Source: a virus
Lineage: Duplodnaviria; Caudoviricetes
Direction: 5' to 3' (one strand)
IMG/VR virus record: IMGVR_UViG_3300032236_001020
Location: 1-30,422 of that record
DNA: 30,422 nucleotides
Shown: positions 1 to 8,811 of the stretch, in pieces
Layout of the letters: each line of letters begins with the position of its first letter
How positions within the stretch are numbered: the first letter of the stretch is position 1
Program-made: the position numbers and the translations under genes
Notes under the pieces: generated by a model
What the model saw: the letters and a program-made list of their open reading frames with translations, nothing else
Database searches by the model: none
Told to the model about the DNA's origin: nothing

Positions 1-1
1 T

Positions 2-1387
2 TCATGTCCTGGATATCAAACTGCGTATACAGATCAACAGTGTTCGGTAAATCCTCTATACAGTACTAGTTGCACAGGTTACCAACAAGCATATCACGAT
101 CAGCAATGTTCAGTAAATACTTTATACGCAACAGACTGTCCTGGGTATGCAGCTGCTTATTTGGATCAACAGTGTTCAATTAATCCACTATACTCAACAG
201 CTTGTTCGGGATACCAGCAAGCATACCACGATCAACAATGCACGATTAGTCCGTTGTATGCTACTGACTGTAATGGTTATCAACAAGCATACCACGATCA
301 ACAATGTTCTTTGAGCCCATTGTATGCCAGCGATTGTCCTGGGTATGCAAGAGCCTATCACGATCAACAGTGTACGGCAAATCCTCTTTATGCAACAGAC
401 TGCACAGGATATGCGACTGCTTATCATAACCAACAATGCACGGCAAATCCGCTGTATATGTCTGACTGTCCTGGGTATGCACAAGCATATTTTAATCAAC
501 AGTGTTCATTGAATGGATTGTATGATCGATCTTGCCCCAACTACTCGACAGCATATGCTACCAAAATGTTGCTTGAACAACAAAATCTTGCCACAACTGT
601 AGCAACTGCAGGAGTAGTCGCATCCACTGCACCAGTAACAACTGTAACACCAACCACGACAACTACAACGACAACTCCAACTACTACCACATCAACTACG
701 GTATCTGTTGGTTCTGTTGCTCCAACTATTAGTTCTAGTGGTGCTGTTTCTGTAACTCCATCAGCCACTGGTAATACTACTGTTGATAAAGCGATTGCTG
801 CACCAGCACCAACTGCTGCACCTGCTGCAGCTCCAGCTGCTCCTGTTCAATTAGTTGCACAAGCACCTGCTCCGTCTGCTCAAACTCCTGCTGCTCCAGC
901 ACAACAAGCCAATGATAAACCATCAGGCGACAAACCAAGCGGTGGATCTGGTGACAAAAAATCTAACAGCGAGAAAAAGTCAGATGGTGACAAACCAGCT
1001 AGTTCAACACAAATGGCTGGTGGTCAACAAGATGGAAATAAAGATCAACCTAAAACTGCTCGTCAAGAGTTAGCAGAAAGAAAGGAAGCAGCTGCAAAGA
1101 AAGAAGCAGCAGGTAAAGCGAAAGAATTAGCAAATGAAATGAGCAAAGCATCAAACATGGAAGCGCAGAAGCAAATGCAAACTGTAGTTATCCAAGCGAT
1201 GGCGTTTAAGCCAGGATTTGATGCATACAATCAACAACTGATTGTTCAAAGCCAATTTTATAAACCATACACAATCTATAATAATCAACAACCAGTTGAC
1301 AATAGAAGATTGGGTCGTGGGTTGTTTGGTCCGACTGATGCATTACATAACGAAATGGTTGAGTCGCAATACAATAGACAGGACTAA
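2..1387 (+). CDS. 5'-truncated Cys-rich tandem-repeat protein with Thr/Ala/Pro-rich linker and charged C-terminal domain (probably virion or secreted)
   Basis: Frame is open from base 2 (SCPGYQTAYTDQQC...), so the 161 start in the ORF track is internal; stop at 1385-1387. Confidence 0.85.
   Translation, partial: SCPGYQTAYTDQQCSVNPLYSTSCTGYQQAYHDQQCSVNTLYATDCPGYAAAYLDQQCSINPLYSTACSGYQQAYHDQQCTISPLYATDCNGYQQAYHDQQCSLSPLYASDCPGYARAYHDQQCTANPLYATDCTGYATAYHNQQCTANPLYMSDCPGYAQAYFNQQCSLNGLYDRSCPNYSTAYATKMLLEQQNLATTVATAGVVASTAPVTTVTPTTTTTTTTPTTTTSTTVSVGSVAPTISSSGAVSVTPSATGNTTVDKAIAAPAPTAAPAAAPAAPVQLVAQAPAPSAQTPAAPAQQANDKPSGDKPSGGSGDKKSNSEKKSDGDKPASSTQMAGGQQDGNKDQPKTARQELAERKEAAAKKEAAGKAKELANEMSKASNMEAQKQMQTVVIQAMAFKPGFDAYNQQLIVQSQFYKPYTIYNNQQPVDNRRLGRGLFGPTDALHNEMVESQYNRQD
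35..562 (+). repeat. Eight tandem 66-bp (22-aa) coding repeats, QQCxxxPLYxxxCxGYxxAYxD, plus a partial unit at the window edge
   Basis: Direct translation; third codon positions vary between units. Confidence 0.9.
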
Positions 1388-1390
1388 ACG

Positions 1391-2167
1391 ATGGATCCGC
1401 TAACGCTATTCGCTTTAGCAAACGGAGCAGTATCTGCAGTAAAGGCTGGGTGTAAACTTTATAAAGATATCAAAGGTGCAGCTGGAGATGTTAAAGAAGT
1501 ATTGAAGGATTTAGATGATCAGTTTGCAAAACTGCATCCACCAGAGAAACCAGCTACAGTTGAACAAAGAAACAATTACATCAAAGAAAAGAATCGTGTA
1601 ATTGAGTTGAACAAAAGAGATGGCGAGACTGTTGGAATTTATACAGAAATTGGAAACCATCTTGGTGCTTATTATGATAACATGAATAAATGTGTTGCAA
1701 TTTTTGAGGAAGAAGAAAGAAGAAGTAAAACTGAAATTTATACTGGTGATGACAGTTTAGGTAAACGAGCACTACAAAGAGTTCTAATGAAGAAACAATT
1801 AGAACAAATGGGTACTGAGTTGCGTGAACTAATGATTTATCAAAGTCCTCCTGAGTTGGGTGCTCTTTATACTGAGGTTGAAGAGATGATGAAGGAGATG
1901 GGCAAAGAACAAAAAGTTCTTATTGCTAGACAAATGCAAAAGCAAGAGATTGCTGAGAAACGAAGAAAACAAAAATTAAAACAACTACATCATAATATGA
2001 TTATTGGTATTGGTGGTTTGATAACTTGTTGTAGTGTTGGATTGATGTTTGCTTATGTTATACAGGATAGGATTGAGAAGTATCCACAATATGGAACAGG
2101 TTGGATTCCGAAGACAGAAAAACAAAGACAGCAAGAATCCGAAAAACAAATTTACATAGGAAGATAA
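1391..2167 (+). CDS. Hypothetical coiled-coil protein with C-terminal transmembrane segment
   Basis: 258-aa ORF; hydrophobic MIIGIGGLITCCSVGLMFAYVI. Confidence 0.8.
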   Translation: MDPLTLFALANGAVSAVKAGCKLYKDIKGAAGDVKEVLKDLDDQFAKLHPPEKPATVEQRNNYIKEKNRVIELNKRDGETVGIYTEIGNHLGAYYDNMNKCVAIFEEEERRSKTEIYTGDDSLGKRALQRVLMKKQLEQMGTELRELMIYQSPPELGALYTEVEEMMKEMGKEQKVLIARQMQKQEIAEKRRKQKLKQLHHNMIIGIGGLITCCSVGLMFAYVIQDRIEKYPQYGTGWIPKTEKQRQQESEKQIYIGR

Positions 2168-2168
2168 A

Positions 2169-2645
2169 ATGGCAGAAGAAATTAAAGATGTCAACGCTGC
2201 GATTGACAATGCAGAAGCAGCAGTAAAGAAGTACGCAAGTAAAGATACAGTCATCAGCATCGGTGGGTATGAATTCACTCCAGCGAAATTGATGGTTGCT
2301 TTTACTATCGTATCTTCTATCCTTGGTGGTTTATACGGAGCATTTGAAGTATACAAAGACTATCAAGATATGAAGAGCAAGATTACTAAGTATGTTGCTC
2401 CAGACTTATCTGAGTTATACAAGAAAATGGAATTGACCCAGCAAAATGCTGAAAAGTCTGTTCAGTATACTCAAGATATTAAAAACGATTTAAAGGGTGA
2501 TATCCGTCGCCTTGAGGGTGTTGTTGAAAATGTAGAAAGATCTACTAAAACTAGCCAGCGTGAAACTGATCAAGACATTCGTCAGTTGCGTAAGGAAATC
2601 GACAGCAAGATCCAAAAAGCATTAGATAATCCATTGGCAAAATGA
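2169..2645 (+). CDS. Hypothetical membrane-anchored coiled-coil protein
   Basis: 158 aa; TM LMVAFTIVSSILGGLYGAF then heptad-rich region. Confidence 0.8.
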   Translation: MAEEIKDVNAAIDNAEAAVKKYASKDTVISIGGYEFTPAKLMVAFTIVSSILGGLYGAFEVYKDYQDMKSKITKYVAPDLSELYKKMELTQQNAEKSVQYTQDIKNDLKGDIRRLEGVVENVERSTKTSQRETDQDIRQLRKEIDSKIQKALDNPLAK

Positions 2646-2785
2646 TAGACAGTAAGCCAGATTATCTCAATAGACCTGTATGTCCTGTCTCTGGTTGTAA
2701 AGGCTGGAGACAGATTTATTCTAAAAGTGGAAAGGGATCCTACCTTAAAACTTGTAGGAATCACACATACAAGGATGCTAAATAG
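2642..2785 (+). CDS. Small putative Zn-binding protein (CPVSGC...CRNH), 47 aa
   Basis: ATGA overlap with upstream stop; translated by hand, below ORF-track cutoff. Confidence 0.5.
   Translation: MIDSKPDYLNRPVCPVSGCKGWRQIYSKSGKGSYLKTCRNHTYKDAK
2777..2784 (+). promoter_or_regulatory. Candidate T4-type late promoter (GCTAAATA)
   Basis: Similar to T4 late consensus TATAAATA; upstream of the nuclease operon. Confidence 0.4.
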
Positions 2786-2866
2786 TCGTGAATTACATAA
2801 TAGATTACTATGTTTATGTAATGTTACAAGTATGGTTTTTACCTTATAAACTAATTGGAGCGATAA

Positions 2867-3685
2867 ATGAAAAAGATCTTAGCATTTGTATTGCTCGTAA
2901 GTAGCTTCTCGGCTTTTGCCTGGACTCAACGAGCACCATTCCCTATCCAGAATTGTCAGGCACATGCCCCATATGGATTCCCTCAAGCACAAGGTGTTCA
3001 GCCACTATGCCAGCAGGCATATCTCGTTGGCTATGATGCGCCAGCAAAACTTCCAAGGTTCGTAACTTATGAACTTCTTCCTACTAATGCTCTTGGTTGC
3101 GTTGCTCGTACTAATGCTTTCGCTGCTAATCAATTTGTGCCTAATGGTGCTACTCCTGCCGACTATGCTGGTACTGGATATGATAAAGGGCACATGGCGC
3201 CAGATGGTGACCTTTCTTGGGATCCGCAAGTAGAGTACGAAAGTTTTTTGATGACAAACATGTCTCCACAGGCTGGGTCATTAAATCGTGGAATTTGGAA
3301 ATTACTGGAAACAAGTGTCCGTGGTTGGGCAGTTCAACGCAACCAATCTTACACAGTATATGTTGGAGGATTATATTCCGCTACTGATAAAAAGATCGGT
3401 AATGGTGTAGTTGTTCCTCATGCATTCTACAAAATTGTTATCAATAACCAGACTAAAGAAATTGCTGGTTGGTCATTCCCACATACAGCACCATATCCTA
3501 ATCTTGGCAACGACTTAACTAAGTTCCGTGTTCCAGTTGCTACTATTATGTCTGCTGCTCAAGTTCAATACGCATTCCCACAAGGTGCAATCGAGTTGGC
3601 TCCTGGTAAAGAGTGGCCAGTTGACTTTGGTGCTTTGACAAAAGCAAAACGAGCCAAGTGTGGTGCAAACGCATCGGACGACTAA
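2867..3685 (+). CDS. Secreted DNA/RNA non-specific endonuclease (NucA/Serratia nuclease family)
   Basis: Signal peptide MKKILAFVLLVSSFSAFA; YDKGHMAP, NMSPQ, LNRGIWKLLE, VPHAFYKIV motifs. Confidence 0.92.
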   Translation: MKKILAFVLLVSSFSAFAWTQRAPFPIQNCQAHAPYGFPQAQGVQPLCQQAYLVGYDAPAKLPRFVTYELLPTNALGCVARTNAFAANQFVPNGATPADYAGTGYDKGHMAPDGDLSWDPQVEYESFLMTNMSPQAGSLNRGIWKLLETSVRGWAVQRNQSYTVYVGGLYSATDKKIGNGVVVPHAFYKIVINNQTKEIAGWSFPHTAPYPNLGNDLTKFRVPVATIMSAAQVQYAFPQGAIELAPGKEWPVDFGALTKAKRAKCGANASDD

Positions 3686-3686
3686 T

Positions 3687-4037
3687 ATGAAAATCGCATA
3701 TTTAATTCCAGCATTATTCTTATCTGGTTGTTCAGTCTTATCGACTATACTGCCTATCGATCACGATCCAGTTATGTTTAATAATTTGGTGTCTACTAAG
3801 ATTGCCGTTGAGAAGTTAAATTGCGATGATAAAAATTGGGCTGATGCAGAAGTAAAAATACATCAGCTCAAAGTTTATACTGATTTAAGAGGTGATCCTC
3901 AAGCGAAGTCTATTGCTCAGTTGGAAGAAGCAATTGAAAAAGCCAAGGCATCGAATAGTAAACTATTTTGTGAATCAATTTTAAAAGTAAACAAGACTCG
4001 CATCGATGTAGTTGCTGATGCATGGAAGGGACGATAA
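3687..4037 (+). CDS. Putative lipoprotein
   Basis: Start at ATG 3687; MKIAYLIPALFLSGC lipobox. Confidence 0.75.
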   Translation: MKIAYLIPALFLSGCSVLSTILPIDHDPVMFNNLVSTKIAVEKLNCDDKNWADAEVKIHQLKVYTDLRGDPQAKSIAQLEEAIEKAKASNSKLFCESILKVNKTRIDVVADAWKGR

Positions 4038-4267
4038 TGTTAGAACAATTAAGAGAAGCTGCAGGTATGGGTGGTCCAGCTGCAGCATTGGCCAATCAAT
4101 TATTAGTTATCCGTCAACAGTATGAGAACCATGAACTGACTCAAGAAGAATATCAGTTTATGATTCAACAAATCGCTGAGGTAAATGCTGCGCAAGATTT
4201 AGCAAATGATGAACAAGCATTTCGTTTCATCGTTCAATCTGCACAGCTACTGTATAACTTTGTATGA
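4037..4267 (+). CDS. Hypothetical protein
   Basis: TAATG coupling with previous stop. Confidence 0.7.
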   Translation: MLEQLREAAGMGGPAAALANQLLVIRQQYENHELTQEEYQFMIQQIAEVNAAQDLANDEQAFRFIVQSAQLLYNFV

Positions 4268-5064
4268 AATACCGAACGATTTTCGTAAGTGATGTCCACT
4301 TAGGAACTCGTGATTGCCAAGCTGATAAGTTAAATAATTTTTTAAAACATAACACCTGCGAGACGCTATATCTCGTTGGTGATATTATTGATGCTTGGAA
4401 GATACAGCAGAATAAGTGGAAGTGGAAACAATCACATACTAATGTGGTTCGTAGAATTCTTGGCCACGCAAAGCGAGGAACAAGAGTTGTATATGTAGCA
4501 GGAAATCATGACGAATTTTTAAGACCAATGATCCCATACGGATTTTCTTTTGGTCTAATTGAAATACAAAACCAAACAGAACATATCGGAGCAGATGGTA
4601 AACATTACCTAGTAACTCATGGCGATTTGTTTGATGGTATTACAAGACTGGCTCCATGGTTGGCGTTTCTTGGTGATAAATTGTATGATCTTGTTCTTGA
4701 ATGGAACAGTAAATTTAATTGGATACGACACAAGCTGGGGTTTGGTTATTGGTCGTTATCTAAATATTTAAAACATAAAGTTAAAAAAGCCAGTGACTTT
4801 ATGTTCCAGTTTGAAACTAACATATCGAAATACTGCAAGAAAAGAGGTTTCGATGGAGTCATTTGCGGACATATACATCATGCTGAAATAAAAGAGATCG
4901 ACGGCATTGTTTATATGAATGATGGCGACTGGGTTGAGTCTTGTACTGCTCTCGTTGAACATTATGATGGTCGATGGGAAATAGTAACTTGGACTAAGGA
5001 GAAAGACGATGAAAGTTCAAAAGATAGTAAAGAAGATGTACGAAGCGATTCTCAATCACAATAA
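4264..5064 (+). CDS. Calcineurin-like metallophosphoesterase, LpxH/PlcP (phospholipase C) family
   Basis: SDVHLG, GDIID, GNHD, HGD, GHIH, NDGDWVESCTAL motifs. Confidence 0.88.
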   Translation: MKYRTIFVSDVHLGTRDCQADKLNNFLKHNTCETLYLVGDIIDAWKIQQNKWKWKQSHTNVVRRILGHAKRGTRVVYVAGNHDEFLRPMIPYGFSFGLIEIQNQTEHIGADGKHYLVTHGDLFDGITRLAPWLAFLGDKLYDLVLEWNSKFNWIRHKLGFGYWSLSKYLKHKVKKASDFMFQFETNISKYCKKRGFDGVICGHIHHAEIKEIDGIVYMNDGDWVESCTALVEHYDGRWEIVTWTKEKDDESSKDSKEDVRSDSQSQ

Positions 5065-5140
5065 GAAAAAAGAAAAGAAATTGTGGTTCAAAGCATTGAA
5101 GAAATCTTTAAAGCATAAACAAACTCAAGTAGTTCGATGA
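5009..5140 (+). CDS. Small basic protein, 43 aa (MKVQKIVKKMYEAIL...)
   Basis: SD AAGGAG upstream; stop overlaps the next ATG (ATGA). Confidence 0.55.
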   Translation: MKVQKIVKKMYEAILNHNKKKEKKLWFKALKKSLKHKQTQVVR

Positions 5141-6126
5141 AAAAAATTCTGATCATAACAGATAACCTACCAGATCAAATCAATGGTGTTGTTACCACTT
5201 ACAAAAATATTGAAGCGTGTGCGGTTCGGGATGGTTATACTGTTGATTATCTTGATCCCAGCAGGTTCCGCTATTTTGATTGCCCTCGCTACAACGAAGT
5301 CAAGATTACCCTTCCATGGGCAGTGGGCAAGAAGATTGAGGAGATCAATCCAGATTATATCCACATCGCCACAGAAGGTCCTCTGGGTTTGTGGGCTAGA
5401 GCATATCTTGCAAAATGTGGTATTAGGCACAATACTGCTTATCATACTAAATTTCCTGAGGGACTTAAAACCCTTTTTGGGATTCCTGAATCTTTAACAT
5501 GGCGTTTCGTTCGCTGGTTTCATAAACACAGTGGTAAAGTTTTAACTACCACTGAAACAATGGTAAGAGATCTAAAGGAACATGGGTTTGACGGAGAAGT
5601 TATTCCTTGGACTCGTGGTGTTGATAGAGAAATTTTTAATCCATCATATAGGGTTGGTGCAGCAGCCAATCCTATTCTTCTTTGCGTATCTCGTGTTAGT
5701 AAAGAAAAGAATTTAGAAAAATTTTTTGAGCTGGATTATCCTAATGTAACCAAAATAATGGTTGGTGATGGACCAATGCTTGAAGAGTATAAAAAGAAAT
5801 ACCCTGATGTAATTTTTACTGGTTTCAAAACAGGTAAAGATCTTGCAGACTATTATGCAAAAGCAGATGTGTTTGTATTTCCATCTCGTTGGGAAACATT
5901 CGGTATAGTTATGATTGAAGCAATGGCTTGCGGTACTCCAGTTGCAGCATTTCCTTGCGATGGACCAAAAGATGTTATTGATGATGGCGTCACTGGATAC
6001 ATGGATGAAAATTTAGCAGATGCAGTTTTTATGTGTATGAAGTTAGATAGGGAGAAAGTGTTAGAAGGTAGTCAGCGTTGGACATGGGACAATGCTTGGA
6101 AAATCTTTAAAGAAAATCTAACATGA
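5137..6126 (+). CDS. GT4 family glycosyltransferase (Agt-like glycolipid synthase)
   Basis: QINGVVTT, HIATEGPLG, YHTKFPE, RVSKEKN, FPSRWETFGIVMIEAMACGTPV. Confidence 0.9.
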   Translation: MKKILIITDNLPDQINGVVTTYKNIEACAVRDGYTVDYLDPSRFRYFDCPRYNEVKITLPWAVGKKIEEINPDYIHIATEGPLGLWARAYLAKCGIRHNTAYHTKFPEGLKTLFGIPESLTWRFVRWFHKHSGKVLTTTETMVRDLKEHGFDGEVIPWTRGVDREIFNPSYRVGAAANPILLCVSRVSKEKNLEKFFELDYPNVTKIMVGDGPMLEEYKKKYPDVIFTGFKTGKDLADYYAKADVFVFPSRWETFGIVMIEAMACGTPVAAFPCDGPKDVIDDGVTGYMDENLADAVFMCMKLDREKVLEGSQRWTWDNAWKIFKENLT

Positions 6127-6773
6127 AAAAGATGGCATTGTTTATGCATCATCCTGAGTGTTCTGAGGATTGTGCTTATGCAATGGTGCATGCATTATCG
6201 TCGCAGTATCAGATAAGAATATTTACTGAGGATGAATTAGATGATCCTGAATTTTTTACTAATCTTGATGTTGTTGCTTTTCCTGGCGGTATTGGCGATA
6301 GCGACACATATGCTAATTTCTTCACTAGAAGAAGAGCGAACAGAATATCCGACTTTCTATCAGCAGGTGGTTGCTACCTTGGTATTTGCATGGGTGCTTA
6401 TTGGGCTGGAAAGCGTTATTTCGATCTACTTGATTCTGTAGAACCAGTTCAATATATTAAAAGAGCTGGTGCTGATGTAAGAAGAAGCTACGGAACAGTA
6501 GCTTCAGTCACATGGAAGAACCAAAAAGAGGATATGTATTTTTATGATGGTTGTGCGTTAGTTGGAGATGAAGAACAATTCAAAACAATTGCTCGCTACG
6601 CCAACGGAGATCCGATGGCAATCATACAAGGTAGGATTGGTTTGATTGGATGTCATCCTGAAGCAGCAGAGTATTGGTTTAAAGAACCATGGCAATACAT
6701 ATATAAATACTACAATGGTGGAAGACACCACGAATTACTACTGAATTTTGTAAATGAACTTACGGAGAAATAA
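6123..6773 (+). CDS. Class I glutamine amidotransferase-like / BPL-N domain protein
   Basis: FPGG, GICMGAY nucleophile elbow, HPE. Confidence 0.8.
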   Translation: MKKMALFMHHPECSEDCAYAMVHALSSQYQIRIFTEDELDDPEFFTNLDVVAFPGGIGDSDTYANFFTRRRANRISDFLSAGGCYLGICMGAYWAGKRYFDLLDSVEPVQYIKRAGADVRRSYGTVASVTWKNQKEDMYFYDGCALVGDEEQFKTIARYANGDPMAIIQGRIGLIGCHPEAAEYWFKEPWQYIYKYYNGGRHHELLLNFVNELTEK

Positions 6774-6908
6774 ATGATAGTTGCTGGATGGGTTGTTGTT
6801 GGATTCTTTTCTGCCATCGGTTGGTGGTCTGCAAACCACTATGTGATTGAACCTTATTTCCCTGAGCCGATTGTTAAAGAAAAAAAACTGAAAGAGAGCA
6901 ATGAATAG
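6774..6908 (+). CDS. Small membrane protein, 44 aa
   Basis: Starts right after previous stop; hydrophobic N-terminus MIVAGWVVVGFFSAIGWW. Confidence 0.6.
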   Translation: MIVAGWVVVGFFSAIGWWSANHYVIEPYFPEPIVKEKKLKESNE

Positions 6909-7080
6909 ACCAGACAAAAATTTTAAACTAAGCAAGACAGCCAAACGCATGGCTGCAACTTTCGTTGACCCACAAGAGCGCAGGGCATTTATCCGTCTAA
7001 TGGTGGATGCCGAGTTGGAAGCCAAAAAAGCACCACCTAAGCAAGAAAAAGGTCAAAAAAGGGATAACCCTACGGACTAA
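6901..7080 (+). CDS. Hypothetical protein, 59 aa (MNRPDKNFKLSKTAKRMAAT...)
   Basis: Hand translation; fills the gap before the terminator. Confidence 0.65.
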   Translation: MNRPDKNFKLSKTAKRMAATFVDPQERRAFIRLMVDAELEAKKAPPKQEKGQKRDNPTD

Positions 7081-7087
7081 AAGGTTA
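7065..7087. promoter_or_regulatory. 23-bp palindromic box, copy 1 (consensus TAACCCTAC-N5-GTAGGGTTA)
   Basis: TAACCCTAC GGACT AAAAGGTTA; same length as copies at 17170, 27721, 28061. Confidence 0.55.
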
Positions 7088-7098
7088 TTTCCTCCCCT

Positions 7099-7136
7099 AA
7101 AACCCCTGTAAGTTGTTGATTTTACAGGGGTTTTTT
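7099..7136 (+). terminator. Intrinsic terminator hairpin containing an IHF-consensus site
   Basis: AAAACCCCTGTAAG...TTTACAGGGGTTTTTT; 7109-7121 reverse complement AATCAACAACTTA fits WATCAANNNNTTR. Confidence 0.75.
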
Positions 7137-7151
7137 ACATTCAGAAAGTCC

Positions 7152-7180
7152 TTGCCTTAAATTGCAAGAAGTCGTATAAT
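7152..7180 (+). promoter_or_regulatory. Early sigma70-like promoter
   Basis: TTGCCT-N17-TATAAT. Confidence 0.85.
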
Positions 7181-7210
7181 TATTATATGGAATCGAGAAA
7201 AGGATCTAAA

Positions 7211-7576
7211 ATGCTTAGTTGGGAAGATATGAGTCCGTTAGAGCAAGCCCAGTGTATTTACTGGGATATGTATAAAGATGCCTATGGTGTTCGTCCTCGT
7301 GGCATCGATACAACCGACTGGTCTTTAGACCATTTTGAAGCTGAGTTCAAAGTACTCGGTCGTGTTATAGAGCAAGAAGAAATTGCTCGCAAGGAAGCAG
7401 AAGCAGAAGCGACTGCAAAGTTTGAACAGCATGTCATCAATACAATTTGTATGGGTGCTCGTGATCGTAAAACAGCATTGCGCTGGATTATGGACGCAAG
7501 TAATGCTGAAGGTGACTGGGAATATTTTTGTTTCCTGAATGGTCTTCCATATGGTTATTTTAAAGAGGTAGCATAA
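7211..7576 (+). CDS. Hypothetical phage protein (YWDMYKDAYGVRPR motif)
   Basis: SD AAAGGA before ATG 7211; alternative in-frame ATG at 7187. Confidence 0.8.
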   Translation: MLSWEDMSPLEQAQCIYWDMYKDAYGVRPRGIDTTDWSLDHFEAEFKVLGRVIEQEEIARKEAEAEATAKFEQHVINTICMGARDRKTALRWIMDASNAEGDWEYFCFLNGLPYGYFKEVA

Positions 7577-7577
7577 C

Positions 7578-8282
7578 ATGACTTTACTTACTGTTGGTAA
7601 TCCAAAATTGTTGAAGGGTGAGAAGAAAGGTTATTTGTCTTCTGTGTTGCATTTCGCCCCAGCGAATCTTTCTGGCAAAGAAGTTTGCGCTAAACGAACA
7701 GCTGGTTGCACTGCTGCATGTTTAAACACTGCTGGTCGTGGTGGTATCTTTAAGAAAGGTGAAACCACGAATGTTATTCAGCAGGCACGCATCCGTAAGA
7801 CCAAAATGTTCTTCGAGAATCGTGAACAATTTTTCAAAGATTTGACACGAGAGATTGATGGTGCAATTAATAAAGCCAAGAAACTCGGTTTGACACCAGT
7901 GTTTCGTTTGAATGGTACTAGCGATCTTGCATGGGAGAAGTATACAATCGGTGATACTAATCTTAATATTTTCCAAATGTTCCCTGAAGTGCAATTCTAC
8001 GATTACACTAAAATCAATAATCGTAAAGTATCGCATATTCCTAACTACCATCTAACATTTTCGAATGCCGATGGTAACGAGATGGATGTTCGTATTGCGA
8101 TGGCAAATGGTATGAATGTTGCAGTTGTGTTTGATAAATTGCCAGAAACATATCTTGGTCGCAAGGTTATCAATGGTGACGAAACCGACTTGCGTTTCTT
8201 GGATGAACAAAGAGTTATCGTTGGCTTAAAGGCTAAGGGTAAAGCCAAGAAAGATACTTCTGGTTTCGTTGTAAGAATCTGA
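7578..8282 (+). CDS. Phage gp88-like protein with Cys cluster
   Basis: GNPKL, CAKRTAGCTAAC, FRLNGTSD, FYDYTK, GDETDLRFLD motifs. Confidence 0.7.
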   Translation: MTLLTVGNPKLLKGEKKGYLSSVLHFAPANLSGKEVCAKRTAGCTAACLNTAGRGGIFKKGETTNVIQQARIRKTKMFFENREQFFKDLTREIDGAINKAKKLGLTPVFRLNGTSDLAWEKYTIGDTNLNIFQMFPEVQFYDYTKINNRKVSHIPNYHLTFSNADGNEMDVRIAMANGMNVAVVFDKLPETYLGRKVINGDETDLRFLDEQRVIVGLKAKGKAKKDTSGFVVRI

Positions 8283-8311
8283 TTGTCTTTAATTCATAAC
8301 TCAGGTATAAT
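8283..8311 (+). promoter_or_regulatory. Early sigma70-like promoter
   Basis: TTGTCT-N17-TATAAT. Confidence 0.8.
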
Positions 8312-8318
8312 TATTCTT

Positions 8319-8669
8319 ATGCAAATGATACATACATCGTTAGGAAAGTCCAAGAAGCGTAAGCCAGATGCGAAAGCACGCAAGTTGCGTGAGGACTGGG
8401 AAAATCTTTTAAAGAAGTATGCCACAAAGACTTCGACTGCTTCACAAAAGCACAAGAAACTCAGTGAGTCAGACTTCCTTGGGAAAGTTGCTTGTCGTGA
8501 GACACCTAAGATCCCAAGTCTTCCATTTACTGGTGGACCATGCCCCAAGAAACCTAATCCTGTATATACAGGCACGAAGATCAAGGGTATTGGCACCATG
8601 CACAAGAGTAATGCTGTGCCAGTGTTTAGTGATGAGGAAGCAATAGCGATTGCAACAATGCGGAGGTAG
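8319..8669 (+). CDS. Basic hypothetical protein of T4-like phages (YTGT..KGIGTMHKSNAVPV), probably leaderless
   Basis: ATG 7 nt after TATAAT, no SD. Confidence 0.75.
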   Translation: MQMIHTSLGKSKKRKPDAKARKLREDWENLLKKYATKTSTASQKHKKLSESDFLGKVACRETPKIPSLPFTGGPCPKKPNPVYTGTKIKGIGTMHKSNAVPVFSDEEAIAIATMRR

Positions 8670-8670
8670 T

Positions 8671-8811
8671 ATGAAGATCGTTTTGAAATTGAAGAAGGTG
8701 CGTAACCCTGTAGCAAAGGATTTGCGAACACCAAAGTATAGAATGAAAGTAGTTGTAAGCAAGAAAGCGTATAAACGATTGAAGAAGGTTATGGATTATG
8801 AATTTGAATAA
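8671..8811 (+). CDS. Small basic protein with ArfA-like motif, 46 aa
   Basis: SD GGAGG; MKIVLKLKKVRNPVAKDLRTPKYRMKVVVSKKAYKRLKKVMDYEFE. Confidence 0.6.
   Translation: MKIVLKLKKVRNPVAKDLRTPKYRMKVVVSKKAYKRLKKVMDYEFE

Noticed and set aside
35-562. 66-bp periodic repeats as a CRISPR array
   Set aside because: Repeats are in-frame coding units with synonymous variation and no unique spacers; no cas genes seen
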